Assembly: GCA_964057225.1 (NCBI GenBank)
Contig: OZ059899.1
Span: 12,710,001 to 12,774,000, forward strand
Direction of reading: 5' to 3'
Origin: Auanema rhodensis
Taxonomy: Eukaryota > Animalia > Nematoda
Length of the DNA: 64,000 nucleotides
Made by a program: the position numbers and the translations under genes. Under the pieces are notes generated by a model that was given only the letters and a program-made list of their open reading frames with translations, was not told the origin of the DNA and did no database searches. This document shows, piece after piece, positions 27,321-40,924 of the stretch. Positions within the stretch are counted from its first letter, which is position 1, and every line of letters starts with the position of its first letter.

Positions 27321-30300
27321 ATTAACTATATGTAACTATGATGTATGAATTCAGAAATCAGTTGAGCTATCTAATGAGTTACGAACAGACCTATCGCCGT
27401 CTGCACGCGTTGTCTTCTATAAATCACAGCCGACTGTGTTGACACCAGAAAATGTAAAGATGATTGTTAGCCTTGTAACAATGAATGCTTCACCAAATGA
27501 GATGTTGCTGAAAACAATTCAGAATGTATATTTAGCATATATAACTACTGTAAAATAATTTATTCAATGTTAAGGTTTATAGCCAGAATTTTGGTAATAC
27601 CACACCACGTAGTAAGCAGCTAGTTACGGTTGTTAATGAATTAGAAGAAAGCTTAATGGCTACGGTGGGCAACAACAACACTACGTCTCAATCTCAAGGT
27701 ATTCTCTTCAAGTTTTAATTCTTTTTTCTCTCTTTATCTTCATCTTATCAATGTTTTTGCGATTTTGGAATAATTTCACGTGAAATTGACGTGAGTATGC
27801 GAATTTGTTTTTGATGTCTTCGCTACAAAAAGCGGTTGTATTCATATTTTAAAAAAGAAACATAATTATTCTAATTTGATGCTTTAATAGGAGTTTCGTC
27901 ACTGATTAATGAAATTCGTTATTGGAAAGGACAAAAAGGTTCAACAGCTCAACAATACAATGAATCATTTGAATTATTATCCAATTTAATTGAAACAATA
28001 TCAGTAAGTTTAAGAAAAAAATAAAATAATATTACTATATATATATAGATTATATATAATTTATAAATTATTATTAATATATTATGCTAATTATATTATT
28101 TATTTTATTAAAAATATCTTTATTTTTTAGACAAGATCAATGGATGATATGTTGATACTTGTAGAAACGTTTGAAGATACCTGTGATGCTTTATGGAATT
28201 GTCAGCCACCATATACCGAGCAGAGAATGAAAAATCTCATTATAGCAATGAGTAAGTTATGCTATCTATCTATATATATATATACTAATAATATTATATA
28301 ATTAACTATATGTTTATATATATTTAGGTATATATTTATGTGATCAAATATCATCCAAATTTGATGAAACAAAAATCTGGAAAGCAGAAGATGTACCTGA
28401 ACATCTTCGACTTGGTAAGCTCATTTCCTATTTGTTATTTATTCTATTTCTCTTGATTATACTACAGAGATTATACACCTTCTTTTCGATTTTCAGGTAT
28501 TGGGATGTGTGATCAATGGGATTTAAGTGTTCGCCTCTTTACTGGCCAAACATGGAAAAGACAGATGGATGAACCATGGTCTGGTGAAGTTGTTGAAATG
28601 AAATTTCTTGTTGGATACAAAAAACGATTAGAAGATGTATGTATCATATACATATATCAAAATTATAAATTATTTGTTATTGATTGATTGATTTTCAGAT
28701 ATTAGGTCTTCGAGAGCTGAGTCCACAAATTGTTTCTTTGCTAAACGATCGAACAGCTGAGAAAGAGGTTATTATCTTATCAAATAGAATTTTAAAAGAA
28801 AGAAAAAACTAAATGGCCATTTTCAGATTGATATGATACTTGAAACAGCCATGAGAGGTGTTTCACCATTAGCCTATAATCCTTATACAGAAGATGCTTG
28901 GAAATCAAGGATGGCGGTAAATCATATTGACACATAAAAGGAAATATAATAAGTTTTAGACCACCGAAAGAGCTTTAGAGACCATTATAGATAGAGTTGT
29001 TCCTGTTCTAAAAATGAGGCTGGATCCCAATAAACTTGATAACAACAAGGTAAGATACTTTATGCTTTTATCGAAAACGGCATATTATAAATAAAAATAA
29101 TGAATGAAATACAAAATGTTACGACCACGGCAGGATTCGAACCTACAATCTTCTGCTCCGTAGGCAGACGCGTTATCCATTGCGCCACGCGGCCACGAAA
29201 GTTTCTTAAATGTTTCTCCTGATCCTGCCATCGAACTTTTCTCCATCTTCAACAGTTAAACAATATACGTTATTATAGATGACGGCTGACTTGGAAAGAT
29301 ACAAAAATTTATTGAGTCGTCCAGCAATTAAGTCGAAATTAGAATCCGAAAGGTTATTAACATTCAGAAATACCAGAAAATTCATTTTAATACTGTTGAT
29401 TCAGAGAAGCATTACTTGGCCGTCTCATAGCTATGCTATCAACGAAGGAAAGAGATATCAGTGACAAGCTATCACAGTCAGAATTGAGATCAAATATGTT
29501 TCTAACAGAAGTTGCATCAAAGATTGTTTGGATACGACAGCAGATAACTCAGGCATGTAACTTCATCACATCAGAATAACAAAGTCATCAAAGCTTGTAA
29601 CTGATGTATATTCTAGATTGATAATGTCAAATCGTTATCATCAGTACTACTTAATGATCTGAAAGAATATGATCAATTAAAACGAAAATTAGATCAATTT
29701 CATGAAAAGATGGTGATAGCTGAACAAGAACATTATGACACATGGTATATACTATACGTTATAGTATACAGTATACGATATAAGTTATAGGTGTCGTGAT
29801 ACAATACAATCAATTGAAGATTCGGGTGATTCAATTGCATTAGAAACAAAAGGAAAAATCATGATGATGGAACATAAAAAAGGAACTTTATATGTAAATT
29901 ATAGCGATCGATTATTGAAATTACTTAAAGAAGTTTGTTTATTATATATTTACAGTTAACTATATGATATAATTAAGGTTCGACAATTAGCTAGTCTTGG
30001 TTTAACTATACCTAGTAAAATCATTAATTGTACTAATCAAGGAGAAAAATTCTATCGTTATGGTGTTACTTTGAAGCAAATAGCTCACTTCTATAATACT
30101 ATTGACCAACAGATGTTGCCTTGTCAACAGGTATAGTGACATCAATTCATATCTTCATAGTTAGGTACCATCTTAATCATATTCAGGCTTTAATGCTTGA
30201 AGAAGCTTTGGCATTTGAAAAATTGATTATATCAAAGAAGAATGAAGATTCTGAAATGGGACGTGTTACTTGGGAGAATCCGTCACAACTTGAGCAATTC

Positions 30301-33300
30301 ATCGTCAAATTACAAGCAGCTTGTAACAAGCTTTCAGATCACAATAGGTGTGATGTTGATGCATAGATAGTGAAATCATATTGCTGATATTTCTAGACGA
30401 TTACGAAACAAACATTCAGAATTAGTTCAAATAGTATCAAGCTTGGCAGGTGTTGATATCTTCAAAGATGTTGATCGATGGAAAGAGATTCTAACGCAAA
30501 TACGAAGCAAAGTAATCCATAGATTCATATGCTACATGTTCATCATTCATGTGGTTACAGATTTTTGAAGAAGAACTTGCGCATGGTGCTTCGAAAGCTA
30601 ATATGAGACCATGGATTATACATTGGGATCGTCAACTATACAAAGTATTTAACTAACTATATTATATTATATATATATATATAGTTAATGTTATTTTAAT
30701 TTTGTTATAGGCATTACAATTACAATATCAATGGGGATTAGAGAGTTTACATACTCAAATACAGCCTATACATACTCAACTTGTATTTGTGTAAATTTTA
30801 ATTTTTTTTAAAAATTAGTACAAAATATTAAATTATAGTCAGCAAGAGCTACAACTTCGACCAGCAATTGAAGAAGTTCGAATGAAATATTACAAAGAAG
30901 TTCGAAAATTTTTAGGGATTCCAGAAAAATTTAAAGGAGTTCAGGATCTTGAACAGGTTACAGCTTATACAGTTATGCTTCAAAATCTTTATTGTATTAT
31001 ATAGAATTCGAGATTATTTGCTCCAATGACAGAAAGAAATTTTCAAAAAATTCCACCAATTTTCGAGAAAGCTGAACAAGTTATGAAGAAAGTTGAAGAA
31101 GTTCATAAACCTTTCCAGGTTAATAAGAATATTTTAATTATCTCATAACTATAGTTGAATTGCAGGAATGGCTTATACTAGCACAAGTTGACTTGGAAGA
31201 ATTGATAGCTGAAAAGTTCACAAAAGCTTCTGATTGGGAGAATCAAATGAAATTATTGAAATCAAAAGGACGTGAAGTCGAAAGTTTACCAAAGTAATTA
31301 ACTATATATAACCTATAATATATGTTTTATAATGATAACTATACAGAGAATATCGTGTTGATTGTGTTATAGTTAGTACAGCTGGAGCAAAAACAGCTAT
31401 TGAAGAGCTTCTTCAAAGGTATTTCTTTTATTTTCTTAATCTTTATTATAACTATTTAATCAATAAATTATAATTTTAGATTATTTGAAACATTAACATG
31501 GACATTACGATTGTCAATTACATCTCAGTTACAAGGAATTCAGCAATTTCTTACTCAGGTTTCAAGTTGTTCCTCTTAATACATTCTAATTAACGAATTG
31601 TTAAGGCTATAACAACGCTGAGTACTCGGCCTCAATCTATTGATGAAGTAGCTGATGCAAATCAGAAACATACCGAATTCAGTCGAACTAACAAAGAGGT
31701 ATTCTATCCATAAACAAGCTTAACTTTATTCATAAATTGTTATAAAGAAGCTTAACTATATGATTTTAGTTAAAATCTATGTGGACAACATTAGAAGAAC
31801 AACATACGCTACTACGTTCAACGGCAGGTAGTGGAGTAGATCAGATGATGCTATTACAGAATGATTGGGAAAAGTTTGAAGTCATGTTAGATTCACATCA
31901 ATTGATGATAAAAGATCAGGTAAGCTTCTAATGATGAAAGATGTATTCAAGCGAAATGCTTTACAGGTGGAAGTTCTAAGACAAAATGTTGATCAAAGAG
32001 TTAAAACATTGAATACAGAAGTTGAAAGATTTAAAGCTAAATGGGATCAATTTAAACCAAAAAGTGAAACACTTCAAGGTGATCGGTTAGTTAAAAACAA
32101 AACCTATATGATATAATTCATATAATATGCTTAATTATACAGAGCTGCTATGCTAACAGCTATTGAATTTATAAAAGAGCGACGTGTAATGTTTGATGAG
32201 CTTATGATTCAAAAAGAAAAATTAGAGTAAGCTATAACATGAGTAAATAGACTAATAAGGTATAATCTTAGGAAAGAATGTGATCAGTTTGATCTAGCAA
32301 AGCCAAGTTTCCCATTTATGGATCAGTTACAAGCTGATCTATTGGATTATGAGAATAATTGGGTTATCTATGAGCAGTTTAATACTGAATTAGATGAGTT
32401 AGCAAGTGAAGAATGGATTGTATTTAGGTTAACCATTTCATATAATTTATATAAATTCAATATATTATAGAAGTAAAACATATCTATTTGATGAATTTCT
32501 TCAAAAATGGATTGATAAGCTGAAAGCTGGACAACAATCACATATGGGTATACGAATTGTGAAGGATATTGACTCATTTCGTGTATGCTATAATCAATTA
32601 TATTAACTATTTAACTATATGAATATAAATTTAGGAATTATCTGGATGCTTAAAATTCTGTCGAGGAGAGATGCTTAGTACTGATCATTGGTTAGAACTA
32701 TTTCGACTTGTTCATCTTCCAAGGTTTTTGGGTTTATCTATCGAAATTCCAAAGCATTTTCCTGAATTTCAGAGGAACAACATTTGAAAAACTTCGATTC
32801 AGTGATTTAATATCTGTATCTGAGCATATTATTGCTAATGTTGATCAGTTAAAAGCTTTAAATGCTCGAGCACAAGGTGAAGTAGCTATCAGAGAAGCTA
32901 TACAGGAATTAGAAATGTGGTCAGCACAGGTATGTATATTCATATTATTTATTATATTTATTAATAATATATGATATAGTTAATTAATAATATTTGAAGT
33001 AAAGTTATGAAGTATTTTACCTATATCGAAGAAATTTAACTGTTTGATATAGATATCAACATACATGTACAGTACACGGCCATAAAGATATCAAGTTTTT
33101 GTTTTTTTTTCTCAAAATAAGTTGAAGTCAAATTAACTATAATTGTATTCTAATTATATATTCAAAATTTCAAAAAAAAAGTTTTAAGAAAATTATGAAA
33201 AAAAAAAAAACTTGATATCTTTATGGCCGCCACTGCATATACCTTGTTAAGTATATGATGTAAGTATCAAAATTTATATTTTAAGTTTTTATATAAAAGA

Positions 33301-36300
33301 AGTGTAGTTAAGCTTTAAGTTTTAAGCTTCTAACGCTAAAATGATAAGAATATAATTAGAAAATTCATATTTCAGACCGAATTCACATTAACAGATTACA
33401 AACGGTCAAATGGAACACAAATGAAAGTTATTAAAGATTGGAAAGAATCAATTAATTCTGTATAATATTGATTGAAATAATATACATTTTTTATATTTTA
33501 TATGTTATAGGTTAAAGATAGTCAAGCATTATTACAATCTTTAAAAAGTTCACCATTCTATTCACAATTCAGTGATAAGACATCTATATGGGAAACAAGG
33601 TATGTTATTTCATCATCTACTTCTTCATGTCAGTTTCTTGATTCAGATTATCCGATCTCGACATCTTCTTGAGTCAGATGAATGAAGTACAACGTAAATG
33701 GATTCATCTGGAGCCAATATTTGGTCGTGGAGCATTACCCGCAGAAGCTGGACGTTTTGCTCGTGTTGATGGAGAATATCGTGGAATTCTAAATGGTAAT
33801 TGTAACAGTATACGATGTCACAATTGATTCTGTATCATAGATATTGTACGGGATGCTCGACTTGTAGCTTTATGTAGTCGACAAGGTTTAAACAAAATTC
33901 TTGAGCAATTAGTTGATCAGTTGGCACGTTGTCAAAAAGCTTTAAATCAATTTTTAGAGGTTAGATATACGTCTATTATATGTTATTGTTTTATTATAAC
34001 TTATAGGATAAACGTTCAGCTTTTCCTCGTTTCTACTTTTTGGGCGATGATGATCTTCTGGAAATTCTTGGACAATCAACAAATCCAACAGTTATACAAT
34101 CGCATCTAAAGAAACTATTTCAGGTTTTATATATGAAATTAAAAAATAATAAAATAACTTTCATATTATTTTGAGGGAATAGATAAAGTTGTTTTTGGAA
34201 GTAACAGTGAATTGATTACAACGATGGTCTCATCTGATGGAGAACATGTCACACTTCAAAGTCCCATCAGAATTGTTCCACAAGTTGAAGTATGTCCTAT
34301 AGATTTGAATTCATAACTATATCGTATAATCTTATTATTATTTTTAAGGTTTGGCTACAGCAGCTTTCAGATGAGATGCGTCGAACACTTCAAATTCTGA
34401 CGTCACAGGCAGTTCGTGATAATGCTGTTGATCCAGGACAATATCCGTCACAGGTTTTATGTCTAGCTGAATCTATTCGATTTTGTGCAAATTGTGAAAA
34501 GGTTTTACAACTATTTTTTCCCAATTAAGCTGATAATTAAACTTGAAATTACAGGTATTAAATGGTTCAGGTGATTTGAAATCGTTACGAACAACTATGC
34601 AATCTCAGCTTGAAAGCTATACAAGCTCAAAAGTTGCTAACAAAGTGCTGGAGCTCAAGTTGAAATCTTTAATTCTGGATTTAATTCATAATATTGATGT
34701 TGTTGATCAATTAATTGCCAATAATGCCAGGTTCACAAATCAATTATTAAGAAACATTTTAAAGTTTATGCTTGTAAATTTCAGTTCAACTTCCTGCTGG
34801 ACTTGGCAACGTCAATTAAGATTTTACATGTCTGGTGATAAAGTAATAATGCGTCAAGTTAATAGTCAGTTTGACTATACGTATGAATATCAGGTTTCTA
34901 AATAATTTCATTGAATATAAGCTTATACTAGAACAATCTTTTAGGGAAATGCATCCAAGCTTGTTCATACTCCATTAACAGACAAATGCTATCTAACTCT
35001 AACACAAGGTAAAAACATCATAACTATATGTACATAGTTAGTAATTTATATTTATTTCTAGCTATGCATATGGGATTAGGTGGTAATCCATATGGACCTG
35101 CTGGAACAGGCAAAACTGAATCAGTCAAGGTTTGTGTTTTCAAATATATTAGATTTGTTCTTGAAATAATGACATAACAAAACGTTAATCAACCAAGCCT
35201 TCAGGCGTTAGGCTCATTGTTTGGACGACAAGTTCTTGTTTTCAACTGTGATGAAGGTATTGATGTACATTCAATGGGGTATTCATTATCTATGCTAACT
35301 ATATGAAATTATATGATTTGTTTTAAGGAGAATATTCATTGGAATTGTTCAATGTGGTGCTTGGGGATGTTTCGATGAATTCAATCGTTTAGATTCTGTA
35401 ATTTTTAATTTTCATCATATTATATACTATATCATATATAAATTTAGACAGTATTATCAGCTGTTTCAATGCAAATACAAGTAATTCAAGATGCTATCAA
35501 ATCACGAACAAGTCAATGTACTTTAAATAATAAAACGGTAATTACTATATCTATATAGTTAAGTAATATTTTATAAAAAACATAATTTGTATTTAGATTG
35601 ATGTTAATGCTAATTCAGCCATATTCATTACATTGAATCCGGCAGGTAAAGGCTATGGAGGACGTCAGAAGATGCCAGACAATCTGAAACAAGTACGTAA
35701 TTGAATTCTAACAGAGATATTGAAACTTCGTCTACTTGGTTCTTCCTATTAAATTTTCTTAAAGCCTAAGCTTTGACTAGCTTCATATAGCCTTAGCATC
35801 TTAACTCTAAATCTCACACACTATCAAGAATTATATGTTCTAGTTTTAATTATTTCAAAAGCTTCATACAACTTAACTAATTAATTCGTTTAAGCTATTC
35901 CGTCCAGTTGTAATGTCTGTTCCGGATAATGAAATTATCGCTGAAACAATATTATACAGTGAAGGATTTAAAGAAGCTAAAAACTTGGCAAAGAAAGTTG
36001 TAGCTTGTTTCCGGTTAAGTAGGTAAGCAAGTCGTGTTTACGATATTTCCCATGTTTGTTTCATTTTCTTATAGAGAAATGCTATCATCACAACAGCATT
36101 ATGATTGGGGTCTTCGAGCTTTAAAGACTGTTCTTAAAGGATGTGGCCAATTGAGATCAACAAGCTCAGACAAAAGTGAAACTGATATAGTTGTTCAAGT
36201 AAGTTATATTGAATTTCTCTAAATAACATATAAACAAACAAAATTATAATTTATGCTAATTATAATTACACGTAGTATGACGTGATCATTTCACGTTCCT

Positions 36301-39300
36301 CTTTTTCACATATTTGGATATCTTTAGGCATTGTTATTGAATACTATGTCTAAACTTACATTTGCGGATTCAAAACGATTCACTGTCCTCATTGACGATA
36401 TTTTCTCCAATGCTGAAAAGGAAATGGCAAAGTTTGGAGATTTAATTGAACCATTATCAAAAGCAGCACAAGAAATGAAAATTGAATTATCAGATAAACA
36501 GGTATTTTCATATACTAATGTTATTGATTATATAATAATTGATTATAGCTTCAAAAAGTGTTTCAACTTTATGAGCAGCTTCGTCAACGTATTGGAGTTG
36601 TCGTTGTTGGGCCACCATGCTCAGGCAAATCAACTATCTGGAGAGTCTTGCAGAAAGCTCTTCATATACTTGGACAAACACCAATGAAAGCATTATCATT
36701 TAATCCAAAAGCTATATCACGTACAAAGGTACTGATAAAGCAAAAATTTAAGTTTCAAGCCATAATGGAAATACTGTTGTTTAGCTACTTGGGCATATGG
36801 ATATGGATTCGCGAGAATGGTCAGATGGTATCTTGACTATGGCAGCTCGAGAGGTAAGTTGGAGACATTCAGATGCTTAGCTTCAGCTTCTTTCTTCGTT
36901 TTGAATATAATATTCAGATTATACGAGATACATCTGTTCATACATGGATCATATGTGACGGAGATATTGATCCTGAATGGATTGAAGCTTTAAATTCAGT
37001 ACTTGATGATAATAAACTGGTTTCAATTCATATATTATATATTATATAATTAAATAATTATAGTTAACTATGCCATCTGGAGAACGTATACAGTTTGGAA
37101 GCAACGTAAACTTTATCTTTGAAACTGATTCCTTACAGCATGCATCTCCTGCCACAGTTTCACGAATGGGAATGATTTTCATAAGGTTATAAGCACTGAA
37201 CACCAGCATTACAAGCATTTTTTATATTTTAGTCAAGAGGATTTATCAATTAATGACATCATTAATCAATGGATTAAGCATGGAGATGAAGATGATGCTG
37301 ATAATATGAGAAATTGGATCGAAAAGCATTTTCATAGGTGAATATCACTGTGGTACAGTCATAACCGATAAGTTTATTTCCAGATCATTCAGTTGGGTTG
37401 AAAAGCAAGGCTTTGCCATTCCTAATATAACAAGAATTGCTGCTGTTCAAAATGGTTTAAGCCAGCTAAGGTTGGACAACTTGAGCATTAACCATGGTTT
37501 CTCAAATCTTTTTATTTCAGAAATTGTAAAACAGAACTACAGTTTCTTGAACGATTGTTCCGTGGATTATGCTCATTAGTTATTGAAGATAAACAGAAAA
37601 TCTTTGCTGCTGATATCATTTTCCAAAGTAATTCAAAGAAACTTCAAACTTTAGTATATTCTCATAATTTCTAGATAATAGCCTTCCGGATATGGAAAAT
37701 CCATTAAATAACTATGTTGATATGAAGTCTGATGCTATTATGCCGTTTCTGGATGATGTCTCATCTTCAAATATTCGATTAGAAGATTTGAAAAAGGATT
37801 CTGGTCGTCCTTATATTCTGACAGCATCAGCACAATCATCTGTTCATACAGTAAACTGAGATATATTGTGACTAAGTTTGTATTTATTTCCTTTTTCAGC
37901 TTTCTACATGGCTTAATGATAGTAATCGACAGTCATTTGTTGTACGAGGGCCGGACGGCTGTGGTAAGGAAGAGCTTCTCCGACATTGTTTCGAGCAAGA
38001 TAGTCCAAGTCAGCTAGGAATAATTCATTGTAGCGCTCAGAGCAAGTAAGTAACATGAACTTATAATACCTTTATTTCAATTTCGTCACTCACGTTCAGC
38101 GCTTTAACTGTGCTACAAGCTCTCCAACAGCATTGTATCCAGACAAGTTCAACAACTGGCCGTATATTGAAACCAAAAGAAAAAGCAAATCTTATCTTAT
38201 TTTTCAAAAATTTCAATTTACCATCACCTGATAAGGTATATTATAAACTTTTTATATAAACTTATACATATTATTCTAATTATATTAGTATGGTACAAAT
38301 GAAATGTTAGCATTTGTTCATCAAATACTTACCTATAACGGTTTTTATGATGATCATTTGGAATGGATTGGATTAGAAAACATACAGGTTATTTATAAAT
38401 ATTATATAATTATATAGTTATGCTTCTAGATAGTAGCTTCAATGTCTCCAAATGGATCATCTGCAGATATACCAGCACGTCTATTATCACTTATCCGTAT
38501 ATATAGTATTGATTATCCTTCAAATCATAATTTATTATCAATCTATACAGCATATTTAACACCTATTCTTATGGTATAATATATATATTATATATATATT
38601 ATATATTAACTATACTATTATTAAGCCATCCGTTCAATCTTTACCACGAGTTGAGACTATAGCTAGTGGTATGGTACAAACGTATGAAGAAGTTCGCAAA
38701 AATTTTCGAGCAACTGATCGAAATCATTTCATATTCTCTCCAAGGTTTGTTTATTTGTTTATTTGTTTGTTTATTTGTTTATATTCAGAGATATAACGAA
38801 ATGGTCATTAGCATTAATGAGATATGAATTATCAAATACAGAAGGAATTAATGATGTTTTAGCTTATGAATGTCAACGAATTTTTATGGATCGGTATATG
38901 TTGCTGAATTATTACCTTATTCTTCGTTCATTTAGATTGGTAAATGATGATCAAAAAGCTTTATTTGTCAATATTATGTCAAGCTCATTATCATTACGTG
39001 TATCTTCACCAGGTTTTAACTATACTAATTATGAAATTATATACTATATTCAGATGCTGTATATGTTACTAACTCAATAATCATTCCATCATCGAATTCA
39101 GCTGGTATTCCTCTTGTTCCAATATCAAAATCTAATTTTGAATCACAATTAAAGAAAGCTATCAATCGATTTGGTTATTTATAATTAATATTCAAATTAA
39201 TAATTATTAGGTCAATTTAGAATTTGAAGTTGCCAACTTTAATACAGCTCTTACAACAGATATATGTGATATTGCTTCCAAAGTTGATCGTGTGCTTACA

Positions 39301-40882
39301 GCTCCAGGTATTGACTTGTGTATTGCTTAACATCGTATGACAAACAGAACGGTTGAAAAAAATCTTTAAACTATATTATACTATACTAACCTATATGTTA
39401 TTTATCTTGATATACAGGTGGCAGTTTGTTAATGGCTGGACGAGCTGGAATTGGACGTCGAGATGTTGTGCTTCTGATTGCAAATATGCATCAGATGCAA
39501 GTATTTTCACCAAAAATCACCTCAACATACGCTAAAAAGCATTTTGATAGTGAATTAAAAAATGTATAGTATATATCTATATATGAGATAGTTAAGTATA
39601 TATGAAACTTATTTAGATGATTTCAACAGTTATAACATCTGGTGAACATGCAGTATTCTTATTGGAAGATTATCAAATCTTAAATTCATCTTTTCTACAA
39701 GCTGTCAATTGTCTCTTATCTAGTGGAGATATTCCAGGACTATTTCAACAAACAGTTAGTTTATACATGCATATAGTTTGCATAGTATTACATGTGAAAA
39801 ATTAATTTTTATTAGGAACTTGATGCTTTGACAGCTTCAATACGTGATCAAGCTAGTCAAGATGGATATCATGGTCATCTACATCATTTCCTATTTCATC
39901 GTAAGTTAAGCTTATCATCATCTATGCTACATGTATATATTAAGGAATTCGATCATTGATACATGTAGTACTTATCATGGATACGAATAGTTCTGATTTT
40001 GATACAAATACATCAGCAAATCCATCCATTTTCAAGCAATGCAGTATCATTTGGAATGATCAACTATCAAAAGATGCTATGATACAGGTATTTCAAATAA
40101 ATTATATGTATAGTATATAGTTAATGTTGTAAATTTCAGATGCCTAAATTACTATTAGAAAAAGAAAAACTTGAAATATCTGATAATACAGCTGATTCAT
40201 TCAAAGAAATGATTGCACTTATACCACCAAATCTTGTCTCACCATTGAAATATAAGCTTCTCATACAAAACTATGCCACAATATATAATTTTAAAAGAAA
40301 TACAATTAAAACACGTTTAGATCGTTTACAGGTTAGTTCATTATTAACATGATCTTCATGATGTTATGTTCAGGCTGGTGTATCAAAACTTACAGCAGCT
40401 AAGGAAGAAGTGGCGAAATTGCAAAAGAAAGCTGCAAAGAAGAGTAAACTACTTGTTGAAAAACAAGCTGAAGCTGATGAAGCTTTATCAGCTATAACAA
40501 AGAGCATGACTGTAATCGAATCGCTCTGTTTGCCTTAACTATATTGATGATTAAGGGAGCTGAAGATCAAAAAGTATCCATGGAACAACTACGTGCAGCT
40601 ACGGAACAAGAAAATGAAAAAATTGAAGCTCAAAAAAAAAAAATTGATGAACAACTGAAAGATGTAGAACCTATGATACAAGTATAAGATATTAATCAAA
40701 CAGATTGTAACACATATCATATCATTCAGGCTGCTCGTGAAGCTGTAGGCTCGATAAAGCCGGAGTCTTTAAGTGAAATTCGCTCTTTGCGTGCACCACC
40801 TGAAGCTATTCGTGACATATTACAAGCTGTTCTATTGTTCATGGGTATACTAGATACATCATGGGAAGCTATGAGAAAGTAT

Positions 40883-40924
<42 letters not shown>

